The notes under the pieces are model-generated. The model ran no database searches, had not been told where the DNA came from, and saw only the letters and a list, made by a program, of their open reading frames with translations. From Asterionella formosa (Eukaryota), in the NCBI GenBank assembly GCA_002256025.1, contig NKIB01015205.1, forward strand, positions 1 through 37,713: a stretch of 37,713 nucleotides of DNA, read 5' to 3'. The translations under genes and the position numbers were made by a program. Positions 10,834 to 21,784 of the stretch are shown here, piece by piece; position 1 is the first letter of the stretch, and every line of letters starts with the position of its first letter.

Positions 10834-11673
10834 CTAACTACTACTGCTACCACTGTTGTTTTTTGGTGTTTGACATTGAGTTGAGGCAGACAAAGTTTGT
10901 TGTGCATTGGCACCTGCTGTCGAGGTTAGGTTTTGGCTTTGCATTGTTTGCTGCAATGAAATCATGTTTGAAGCAATAATTGAATTCATAATTCCCTGAG
11001 TGGGATTGGCACTGTCAGTGGAGGTGGTTGTTTGAGATACCCCATGCTGATTCAACAATGATGCCATGATTGACATCATCATCATGTTCATCATGTTCTG
11101 TTGCTCCTGCAGTTGTTGCTGCTGTTGTTGTTGCTGCTGCAGGTTATCAGTGGTATCAGTTCGAGTAGCCTTGTGAAGCAACTGTGTCAAAAGAAGAGAA
11201 AGCACTTTTTCAACAGGCCCAGTATTGTTTGGCACTGCCTTTTCTCTAAATCGAGGGGACACCATAGGTCGAGAATATCTTGAACCAGAAAAATTAGCAT
11301 AAGCGGCAGATGTTGCTCCACCATTGTCTTCACTCTCCCCGCCAGAAATCGCTATAAAATCATCATCAACATTTGGCTCATCAATATTGGGCTCATTGGG
11401 CTCTCTCTCTATTCCAAGATCAGTGGATTCAATCTCAGCACTTGCATCTGCTTGTTGCTCGATTCTTCGAAAAATTTGTTTGGCATATCTCACCTCAGCA
11501 GGGTATGTTGGGTCCCCAGTTGGTTTCTTAACTTTGTGCAGTTGTGAAAACTTTCGGCGAAGTGAAGGTCCTGTCCATTCTTTGTCTGGGAAATTCTCGT
11601 TGTGCTGTGATGCAACAACTTCCCATTCATGGGACTTTATTGAGGAGGTTGATTGATATGTAACTATATGCAT
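10834..11673 (-). CDS. Harbinger accessory DNA-binding ORF (Myb-like/DUF6818-like) with polyQ tract; possibly 5'-damaged
   Basis: EWEVVASQHN...SLRRKFSQL...PTGDPTYPAEVRYAK motif and a Q-rich tract at ~11100-11140. It converges on the 10225-10721 transposase. Confidence 0.65.
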   Translation of the reverse strand: MHIVTYQSTSSIKSHEWEVVASQHNENFPDKEWTGPSLRRKFSQLHKVKKPTGDPTYPAEVRYAKQIFRRIEQQADASAEIESTDLGIEREPNEPNIDEPNVDDDFIAISGGESEDNGGATSAAYANFSGSRYSRPMVSPRFREKAVPNNTGPVEKVLSLLLTQLLHKATRTDTTDNLQQQQQQQQQLQEQQNMMNMMMMSIMASLLNQHGVSQTTTSTDSANPTQGIMNSIIASNMISLQQTMQSQNLTSTAGANAQQTLSASTQCQTPKNNSGSSSS

Positions 11674-11801
11674 ACCTATTTTGGCAAGAGCAAGCCATTT
11701 TGAGTATGAGCAAGCAAGTCTTGAAATATTCCGGGAATTTCTATATAGTCATTCATGTCTAAACATCTTTTTATATAATGCACTGTTATTTATAACTGCA
11801 A

Positions 11802-11899
11802 AAAATTTGTGTTTGTGTTGACCAAATTTGGTAAACCTGGTAGGCACCCCGAGGTGCTTACCAGGTTTACCAAATTTGGTCAACACAAACACAAATTTT
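11802..11899. repeat. 98-bp near-perfect palindrome (47-bp arms, 4-nt spacer)
   Basis: 11802-11848 is the reverse complement of 11853-11899 with one mismatch. The spacer is CCGA. Confidence 0.95.
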
Positions 11900-12163
11900 G
11901 GGGTTATGGGTACAACGATTTGTGTTATAATACACATGATATAATAATTTTTTATTATCAGAGCGCGCCCAGTATTGGTACCGCTATCTTTACATAAAAC
12001 ATTATAATGGTACGCACCCTGGTCGTACCGGAGGAGTATAATTCTTCTATATTGTGGCGACGACGCAATCTACTTCCGGTCCTCCTACAAGTTGTTATTT
12101 TTTTTTTTTTACTCAGACCAGGTTCCACAAATCATTCTGACTCGACCCATTGCCCGCGCTAAC

Positions 12164-13138
12164 ATGAGTCAAGAAGTCGAAGGAGCTCAGGTGAACGAAA
12201 AGCAAGACGAGATTGACGCAATTCTCGATGCTGCGCTTGACGAGCTCGATGAGGAGCAGCAGATGTCCACGTCGCCCTCTGGAGAACCAGTGTCGTCGAA
12301 GCAAACAGTCCGAGATTCAGAGGAACAAATCACCGAGGAACAACACATTGAGGTTATAAACAAAATGATGCAGCAAATGTTAGATGGAAACAGAACTGGA
12401 GGAGATGACGGTGGAGATTTTGGCGCGATTGTGCAAGAAATGCAGAAACACATCCAAACGGAAATGGAAGCAGGTCATCGTGAAAGCGGCAGTGATGTAG
12501 ATCGAGCGATAAACAAACTAATGGAGGATATGGCGTGCATGGGAAACACCGAACCAGAAGGAGGCCAGCAAATTATGGAAGAAATGATGAAGGAATTTGA
12601 GAAAATGGGAGGGAACTTGAATGCGGATGATATGATCGATGGCATGATGGGTCAACTACTGGCCAAAGATCTAATGTACGAACCCATGAAGCAAGTTTCT
12701 GAACGCTTTCCTGAATGGCTAAAGGAAAATAAAAGTAGAATTTCCGAGGAGGATTACACAAAGTGAGTAAAAGATGAAAAGTCTTCTCTGAGTGTGTTTG
12801 TTGAATTCGACAGCGGTTTAGCCAACCATCTTTGCTTGTCCAGTCGCTGTAAGCAGTACGAGTGTTTTCGAAGACTCATTCATCTTTACGAAACGAAACC
12901 TAACGATGTAGAAAGTCTCATGATGCTTATGCAAGAGGTCCAAGAGTGAGTCAAAAGTGGAAACTTCCTGGGTAATTATCAAATTCATCCCTTTTTAACT
13001 CAATTCATTTTATTCCTTAGATATGGCCAGCCACCTCCAGAGATTGTTAAGGAGATTGCACCAGGCCTAGAATTGGATGAAGATGGTATTCCAAAGATGG
13101 ATCTATTGAATGGGAATGAGGAATGCCGAATAATGTAG
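12164..13138 (+). CDS. PEX19: Peroxisomal biogenesis factor 19 (exons 12164-12762, 12844-12945, 13021-13138)
   Basis: N-terminal IDAILDAALDEL (PEX3-binding), MMGQLLAKDLMYEPMK, YGQPPPEIV and a C-terminal CaaX box (CRIM). Two GT-AG introns keep the frame. Confidence 0.93.
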
Positions 13139-13743
13139 CTCCCAATATTGGACTGGTGGCCTCCAATAGCTATCTGATTTGGTGTTCTGGTGGCAAACAT
13201 ATTCTAGCAGAGCCCAGTCACCAAGTAGAGCACATAATACCTGTAACAAGGAAGACCATTCTCTTTGTTCCACCTGATTTTCCAAAACAGTCTCGATGCC
13301 TTCGACCATTAGAAGATGTCGAGTAGGGTAAATTTGCTCTCCGGGAAACCCAAATTTTCATAATTCTCCTCGATGAAGTCACAAAGGTTGGCAATATTTC
13401 AATGTCGTCGTCTTGCGCAGTGCTATGATTTAAATGGAATATCTAAAATCTCTTGTTGATGTTGTGAAGGAGTCCAGTTTGACCAATCTGAATTCCTTTA
13501 TAAGCTACACAATACACAATTGCCAGAAAGTTAAGTTCAGCTTCTCTTAACATCTAGCTCTCATTGGTCGACTGACAAAACCTAATACATTTCTTGTTGC
13601 TGTGGTTTCTATCGCTGCATCCACCGCTAGTAAACAATATTCGGAAACCTCGCACCGGAGTAAGATTGAGTTGTTCCACCAATCTAACTGATATCCACTT
13701 GGTGAAACGGGTTTGTATTACCTCCCCCTTTCCTCAATAGAGA

Positions 13744-14253
13744 TTACTTCTCGCTTTTTTGTGATTTACACAATTCTTTCTTTCGTTGCCAGCAACTCGT
13801 GGCGGATTCCATGTAATGCAAGTCGCTCTTGAAAATGGGACACGCATCTTCCGAGTTGCAATATAGATTGTGAAGATTGCAATAGTTGGTCGAATAATCA
13901 AGAACCGACGTGACTTGACTCTCTGAACACGCTACCAACAAACAACCGGTCTTGTCGCTCTCGAAAAATGCAAAGTCAAAAAGATCCGTGTACTTTCCGT
14001 CTCCAGTCAATCTTGATCCCTCCACAAGGTTACCATTTTCGGCTTGTAATTTGTAGTTGCCTGAATTGTGGGGGTCGACCCAACTGTTTTCTCCAGCTAT
14101 GCGCGCCTTGATTTCTTCCTTCACAATATCACACGATTCGACAAAGGAAACTTCCATGCTACATTTGGCATGAACCGTCGCCGGTGAACCTGGGCATGCT
14201 GCTGCGACCGCAAGGATTAAAGGGAGGATTGAAATTTCTCGATGAAGAAGCAT
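13744..14253 (-). CDS. Secreted cysteine-rich protein of unknown function
   Basis: 169 aa with a signal peptide (ILPLILAVAAA), about 10 Cys, and conserved-looking blocks DPHNSGNY, KYTD and DYSTNYCNLHNLYC. Confidence 0.75.
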   Translation of the reverse strand: MLLHREISILPLILAVAAACPGSPATVHAKCSMEVSFVESCDIVKEEIKARIAGENSWVDPHNSGNYKLQAENGNLVEGSRLTGDGKYTDLFDFAFFESDKTGCLLVACSESQVTSVLDYSTNYCNLHNLYCNSEDACPIFKSDLHYMESATSCWQRKKELCKSQKSEK

Positions 14254-14328
14254 GTTGTTTGCAGTTTCTTGTTGGGTTTATCTGTGTGTTAACAAAAAGA
14301 AAACGAGAAGTAGATTGTGGGTTGATAG

Positions 14329-14591
14329 TGTCGGAGAAATTATTTTAGGAAAGAAAATCCCGGTATAAATTACGAACGAATCAAAAAGAATATGGTACCA
14401 GAGAAAACTCAAAATTCGAAAACAATCTACGGTACATCACCAGTAAAAGCCATAATTCTACTAAAACTCTTAAGAACGATTACAATTGATTACTGCAACA
14501 TCGTTGTTCATATCTACAGCCTATTTGGTCCCTGATGTGTCCTTACAGGATACAAGAAAGCAATAGGGGGCTTCGGGACACAATTTCTACA
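14329..14591 (+). repeat. 5' LTR
   Basis: TGTCGGAGAA...TTTCTACA, a direct repeat of 19118-19400. Confidence 0.92.
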
Positions 14592-14724
14592 GTTTTAGTA
14601 GAATTAGCCAGCCAGGAAGAGCCATGATATTACAATCAACAACAGGTGGACTGGTGAGAGTCCGGAGACAAGATCTGAGGGTACCAGACCATCCAGAGTC
14701 TGAAGAAGTTGCACAAGGCGCATC

Positions 14725-17700
14725 ATGAGTGGCAAAGGAAAATTTACCAAGAAGGCTCAGGCCAAGGGAGGGAGCAAAAATGCTTCTCACACAATCAAGA
14801 AGTCAGTTAATGACTATAACTACTACCTCAGATCAGTGAAAAGGCACCTGATTATGAGACTACTACTGAGTACCTCATAAATCACTTATCAAGAAAGTGT
14901 TCGACTATGGCAACAACATAGGAACTGCGCTGGAGTTATTAGAACCAATGAGCACATTGGCATGGAAGCCAAGAATGCAAGTGAGCATTGCAACAACAGA
15001 AGAAGATCGCACTGCAGAGAATCAACAATATGAGATTGAGTTCAAGGCTGATTATGACACCTACAGTAAAAGGGTACAGGCCTATGAAAATATGCGTTGC
15101 TCTGGGAAAGATGCAGCAAAGCCATGAAGAACAAGATCGAAGCAAGATCCAATTACAATAGGATCAAAAATTGCCCAATAATATTGCTTATGGCAATTAA
15201 AGAACATGCACAAAATTTTCAAGAAAATCGATATTCTATGTCGATCATTTTAGATGCAATGAGAACGCTTTTATTTACAAAGCAAAAGGAAGGAGAAAGT
15301 CTACAAGACTACACCAAGAGATTTCGTGTGGCACGTGATGTGCTCAAGTCACACATGGGAGGACCCATTATCCTCACCAGGTTCGTTGAATCCATGGATG
15401 GATACAATGAGACCAACATCAAGCTATGAGATAAATTTCGAGAACAAGCTTTCAGTCAATGTATGGCCTATTTATACCTCGATAATGCAGATAAAGCCAA
15501 ATATGGATCAATTATGACCGGGCTGAACACTCAACAATAACTCGGCAACAATCAATACCCGAAGAGCATCAGCGAATCAAATAATGTTCTCAGCAACAAC
15601 CATCGGTTTGATGTAACAAATAAACCCAACAGTCACAATAAACCAGGAGATATTGATAAAGAGAGAGAACAAAAGGATGCATGGAAGGAAGAAGAAGATG
15701 TGAACTTATCGTTTGCACAGTTAGAGAGAAAATGTTACTGCTGCAGTAGAGCAGGTCACAAATCTCCTTCGTGCCGAGACAAGAATAAACCCAAAGCGGA
15801 ATGGGCTATCAACAAGGCCCAACAGAGCCATGCACAGGCACAGGCTAATACATCGGACACGAGTACAGTTACCTCTGTTAATTCCAACAACCCACCATCA
15901 TCACAAGCTTCACAACAAGCAAATGTCAATCAATTTGGATGGGCGGGAGCTCATATGAAACTACAATTTTACCAAGCATCTGAGATGCGTGACTGGATAC
16001 TATTGGATAATCAATCAAGTGTCACAGTCTTTTGCAATCCAAAAATGGTTGAAAACATTCAACTGTCAACCAATGGAAGCATGCACCTGGCCACAAATGG
16101 TGGATCCATGGTCACTTATATGAAGGCTGATCTTCCACAATGGGGAGAAGTATTGTTTAATGAAAAGGCAATCACCAACATCTTCAGTTATGCCGAAATG
16201 TCAGATAGGTACAGAATTACCTAAGACTCTGAGAAAGAAGATGCATTTATTTTTCATTTGCCTGACAAGCCAGTTCGATTTGAAAGAATTGGGATGAACT
16301 TATATGATGTTTTCAAGCCAACTACAAGAATTAGAGCAGAGAATGCTCAAATGTTAAATACACTTGAAGAAAACAAAACATTTTACACTGAGCGTCAATT
16401 TGAAAGAACCAAGCAAGCTCGTGATCTATTTCATGCCTTGGGTACACCATCAATTAATGATTTCAAGGCAATAATTCATATGAATACGATCAACAATAAT
16501 CCAGTGACTACCGATGATATCAAAATTGCAGAGAAAATTTTTGGACCTGACATCGGAACACTAAAAGGCAAGACAACTTGTTGCAAGCGACTGCCAGTCG
16601 TAAACGACAACATCGAGATCCCTAAGGAGCTTATCCAAGCTCAACGCGAAGTGACTCTTTGCATGGATGGAATGAAAGTCAATGGACAATCATTTCTCAC
16701 AACAATTTCTCGAAACATTATGTATAGGACAGCGCAATGGGTCAAGAGTCAGACAGCTGATGTCTATTGAGATGCTTTGACTCAGGTATGCTGTGTTTAT
16801 AATACCGGAAGATTTAAAATTACAACAATCCACTGTAACAACGAGTTTTGACCTTTGATGAAACAATTTTCCAATGAATTTCAAGTCACTATGAACTACG
16901 CAAAACCACAAGAACATGTTCCTGAAGCGGAGCGAAATAATCGAGTGATTAAAGAACGCGTGCGCGCAGCTTATCATCGATTACCTTTCAAACATTTGCC
17001 ACGACTGATGATTAAGATTCTAGTCACCGAATCTGCAAAGAAACTGCATTTCTTTCCGGCAAAGAACGGGATATCCCCATATTACAGTCCTCGTATGGTT
17101 TTACATCAATATAACCTGGACTATGCTCGACATTGCCAGTATACATTTGGCACTTATGTCCAAGCACATGAAGAATCTGTGTTTTCAAAAACTAATGCAC
17201 CACGCAGCCTAGATTGCATTTATCTATGCGACAATGACAACGTGCAAGGAGGTCATGAATTATTACACCTACCTACAAATTCATTGATCACTAGACGAAC
17301 AGTTACTACTCTACCACTTACCCCAGCAATTCAGGAAAATATGCCAGATGGTCTCAAGATATCAAATCGAATGGGACAACCATTTTATGATAGTGCTTGG
17401 ATTGCAGGAGTGGATTATGATAATGAAGCATTTGAAGATGCACAAGATGAAGATTATGAAGATCAACACACTAGTGACAATGAAAGCAATGATGAAATTC
17501 TCGGAGAAGACTATGATGAAATGACTCCGGATGAAAAATATGAAGCAGAACAGCTCAAATTAAACAACAATATCCAAGAGGATGACCCTGAACCTGAGGT
17601 CAACAATGAAATTAATGTTGAAATGAATGCAGATCAAATCCAAGATGAGGATGAAGAACCAGTAAATGAAGCAAACTGAGAATAAAGAGGCAATGTTAGA

Positions 17701-19095
17701 AGTCAATCCAAGCACTGAGGATTTCACAGACCCAAATGTTAGAACCACAAGGTCTGGAAGAGTCTCAAGGCCACCATCAAAACAAACTATGGTCCAACAT
17801 CATTTGCATACCCAAGCACACTGTCAAGAAGGATGCACGACTGATAATGCGAAAGTGATCGTAATGACAATGTGTTATATGAATGAGATGTGTATCGATA
17901 AAGAAGCATTTCACTTTGTTCAGTCATGCAGCTTAAGGAAAGGCCTCAAGAAATTTGGCCAGAAAGGAAGAGATGCCGTGTATAAAGAAATGAAACAACT
18001 ACATGATACAGTTGTATTTAAACCGATTAGGATTGGAGACCTAACAGAGATCGAAAAGCGACACGCAATGGAAAGTCTAATTATTTTGGTTGAAAAGCGA
18101 GACAAGAGTATTAAAGGCAGAGCTTGTGCCAATGGCAGTTCGCAACGTGAATACATGGAAAGAGATGAAGCAGCTAGTCCAACTACCATGACTGAATCTG
18201 TTATGATAACAGCAACAATTGATACAAAGCAAAATCGCGATGTTATGACTGCAGATATACCCAATGCATTTGTGCAAGTGGATATCGACGAGAAAGAAAA
18301 AGGGGAACAAATCATTATGAAGATTAGAGGTTTAGCTGCTTGTCAATATGTTGACAGAACTCAGCCCCGAGACTTATGAAAAATATGTTGTTTATGAAGG
18401 AAACAGCAAGGTCCTATATGTTAGGATGATCAAGGCATTATATGGCATGAAAGGAATGTTCCTATGCAAGCAAGGAAGACAGGACATTCAACCAGGAATT
18501 GCATTTCTGGCAACCCGAACTACCCAACCAAATGAAGGCGATTGGGCAAAATTAGTCAAGATCATGAATTTCTTGAAAGCAACTCAGAATGAGGTTGCAT
18601 CTATGAGTGCTGATGACACTCAGAGCATTAAATGGTACGTTGATGCGGCGTTTGCAGTACACAAAGATTTTAAAAGTCACACAGGAGCTATATTGTCACT
18701 TGGAAATGGAATTTTTTGTTCCATGTCTACAAAACAGAAAGTGAACACTAGAAGTTCGACTGAAGCAGAATTGGTTGGTGTCGATGACATTGTATCAAAG
18801 GTGTTGTGGACGAAATTATTTATTGAAGCACAAGGACACAAGGTGGCTGACTACGAATGTCATTTACCATGACAACACTAGCGCAATGAAGCTAGAAGCA
18901 AATGGAAAAGCAAGTTCAGGAAAACGCATGCAACATTTCAACATCAAGCATTTTTACATTACTGATCTTATTGAAAGAAAGGGAGTACAGATTAAGTACT
19001 GTCCAACGGATGCAATGATTGCAGACTACATGACGAAACCATTGGTTGGAATGAAATTTATTCATTTTCATGAGCAAATTATGAATTCAAAGTGA
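14725..19095 (+). pseudogene. gag-pol pseudogene of the CoDi element
   Basis: Zinc knuckle CYCCSRAGHKSPSC, protease ILLDNQSS, integrase EHVPEAERNNRVIKER, RT N-part ADIPNAFVQ...KALYG, and RNase H WYVDAAFAVH, SSTEAELVG and ADYMTKPL. It has many stops and frameshifts, and the RT core is deleted near 18449. Confidence 0.92.
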
Positions 19096-19117
19096 GCATC
19101 CATGCCCAGCAGGAGTG

Positions 19118-19400
19118 TGTTGGAGAAATTATTTTAGGAAAGAAATTCTTGGTATAACTTACCAACTACATATTGAATCGAATGAATCAAAAAGAATATG
19201 GTACCAGAAAAGACTCAGAATTCGAAAACAATCTACATCACCAGCAGTATAACCCATTATTCTACTAAAACTCTTAGGAACGAATACAATCGATTACTGC
19301 AACATCGTTGTTCATATCTAGCGCCTACCGGTATTTGGTCCCTGACGTGTCCTTACAGGATACAAGAAAGCAATAGAGGGCTTCCAGACGCAATTTCAAC
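19118..19400 (+). repeat. 3' LTR
   Basis: TGTTGGAGAA...TTTCAAC, directly after the PPT. Confidence 0.92.
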
Positions 19401-19596
19401 GATACAAAAAGAATCCGCTGGAACCCGGAGTGTCGAATAAAATATTGTGCTGGCGTGGTCGGCAATACCGGTAGCTAAATGTCGTAGGATGTTGTATGTA
19501 AAATCACAAATGTGTTCTTCTCGTGCGTTCACATGTGTTCTGTGTTACCGAAAAGTCAATACCGGTAAGTTCACCTCACTTTTCAAGACGAGTAGC

Positions 19597-21088
19597 ATGG
19601 TGAAGGGTGCGATTGCCATTTTGGACTTGCCCATCGGTAGTGCACTGTCAATCGATGGATGTTCAATGGTTCTCAAGCGGGCTGATTTTGTAGGTGTCTC
19701 TGAGGTACCTAGCGATGGTTTCCACCTGGTAACCGCCCGCCGAGGTGGAGGCGCCGCTCCATCAATGATTTTGCACGGGTTTGTCATTTACGGCGAAGAA
19801 CAGAATTGGATACTGGCTCGGAAATATGACCCAAAGACAGAGGAAGTGTCCACGGCACAACTTGACGAGTTGGGCACGTCCAATTTGCAACAGAAAATTG
19901 CCAGCAACCAAATCGACGATCAACGGATTGTTTCGTACCACAAAATAATCACCGACGAACAATGGAAGGAGGCTACAACTTATATATCTGCTTCACTTAT
20001 ACAGAAGCGAGGTTTCCGCAGCGGAGATAAAATCATGCCAGGTGCATATGTCGGCTACGACGACGTCTCGGAGCAAGCCAGTGACGTGAATGTAGACGGC
20101 AGCTCGATTACCTACCCACCTATTCCCTGCCTTGACCCGTCAGTGTCTCTCCACAAAGCCAAGCATCAAGGGACAAGACAGTTCTTGTCACGGATTTCCC
20201 CAACTGATCGGAGTGCACTCTTCATGGCTGAATATCCTGCTAATCAAGCTCTTGAATCGCTTTTGAACAAGGAGTATAACAACGAATGGGACGACTTGTT
20301 GGGCGACTTGCAGTTAGCTTTCATTCTATTCATCCATCTACACTGCTTTGCGTCGTTGGAACATTGGTAAGTGCCATAGAACTAACTAAAGCTGGTGGTG
20401 GAATCGCCTTCCGTCTGACATCAAACACACAGGCGAGATTTAATTGTCATGCTGTCTCTAGTACAGGCTGATGGAATCTCCGAGCGACCCAATCAGTATG
20501 CTTCATTACTGGAAGTTTTAAGACAACAACTGCTGTCTGTAGAACCTGATTTTTTTGAGGTCAGTTACCTCATGCATGTTGTTTGAGTACAAACTTTCTC
20601 AATTACTCACCATTGCAATGCAACATCGAATCTACTAGGACATTGACTACACAGAAACTTTCTTATTCCCAGCAGTGAAGCGATTGTGCATTGTATGTAA
20701 CACAACGGGCAATGCTGCTTTAGAGAAGAATGCTAGTAAGTCTTTCATGCGAATGGTGAGACAGAGATTTGGATCAGCCTTTGCTCCAGAAAACAATGAT
20801 GGCGACGACTACATTATGGACCTCGGTGAATCTGAAGATACCCCTGTGGTCATCACTTTGGATGAAGTAGAGTCCTCCATAAGTCGATACGAATCATCTG
20901 CAGTGATGTACTCCGGAAAAGAACAACACTCAGATGCTCATAAACGACGGTATCCATTGCTTTTTGCTGCAGTTCAATCTCACGAGGACCTCATGATGAC
21001 TTGTGCACGTGTCCTTGACGAAAAAGTCGACGTTTCATTAGTCAGGGAAGTGGCAGCATACCTAGAAGAAGTTGAAGCTAATAAATAG
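19597..21088 (+). CDS. AAR2: U5 snRNP assembly factor AAR2 (exons 19597-20366, 20433-20559, 20639-21088)
   Basis: ILDLPIGSALSIDG...FVGVSEVPSDGFHLV N-domain, LLGDLQLAFILF...SLEHW and QLLSVEPDFF. Two GT-AG introns keep the frame. Confidence 0.85.
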
Positions 21089-21118
21089 AACTCAAACCTT
21101 TTATTCCGACATGACTCG

Positions 21119-21658
21119 TTACAGGCCGTCAATTTCAAGCCCGGAAATCTTAGAGGCATCGCCATCCTCGAACTGATCGGAAGCAGCTCTTTGTAATATG
21201 TTCGTGTTCTCGTCTTGCTCGCATGCAAAATTTGTTGTTGTTCTTTCAAAGGAATGATCCCTGACGCGATCGAGTCTTCCTTTCAGACCAGCGACTTCGG
21301 CTTGGATTTCTGTGACTGGGGCGTGTTCAGCAAAGATGGCAGTTGCTTGTTTTGTCGGCCCTGGAGCTATCGAGTCTTTCCATGGCTGCTGATCGGTCAA
21401 TGCTTCCGGCTCACGCTCCAGAGAGTCCGCAAATGACTTCCAAAGATTTGCCTGTGCCATAAACATGCGCTTTATTTGATGAACTGATCGATTTAGTTTC
21501 GTTTTGGGTTGCCCATTGTCGTCAGTTGAAGAACGGGCCTTTTTCAATTTAGGAGTCGTATTATTAGTGGCCCTTGGCTTCTTGGATCCGTCGTCACTGT
21601 CTTCGTCGGAATCGGCGTTTAGGCCCCTTTTCTGTGACCCAGAAACACTCGTCACCAT
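21119..21658 (-). CDS. Hypothetical hydrophilic protein (start uncertain; may lack a 5' exon)
   Basis: About 180 open codons with gene-like GC content and an acidic/basic NLS-like N-terminus. No recognised domain. Confidence 0.35.
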   Translation of the reverse strand: MVTSVSGSQKRGLNADSDEDSDDGSKKPRATNNTTPKLKKARSSTDDNGQPKTKLNRSVHQIKRMFMAQANLWKSFADSLEREPEALTDQQPWKDSIAPGPTKQATAIFAEHAPVTEIQAEVAGLKGRLDRVRDHSFERTTTNFACEQDENTNILQRAASDQFEDGDASKISGLEIDGL

Positions 21659-21784
21659 CAATGGACAAGAAACGATGAAGAAGAACAGCAACAAGAAGGC
21701 GCAGAAATGATCTACTGATAGTAGATTGTCGCAGGAGAATTAATTGTATGTATCATTGGAATGTGGTCTACCTGGTACCGTATG

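Larger units (their letters stand above)
14329..19400 (+). mobile_element. Full-length but degenerate Ty1/copia LTR retrotransposon (diatom CoDi type)
   Basis: Paired LTRs 14329-14591 and 19118-19400. PPT CAGCAGGAGTG precedes the 3' LTR. Imperfect TSD GATAG/GATAC. Domain order is gag-PR-IN-RT-RH. Confidence 0.93.

Noticed and set aside
11749..11997. Two similar ORFs on opposite strands (TKFGKPG...TKFGQHKHKF)
   Set aside because: They are a by-product of the 98-bp palindrome.
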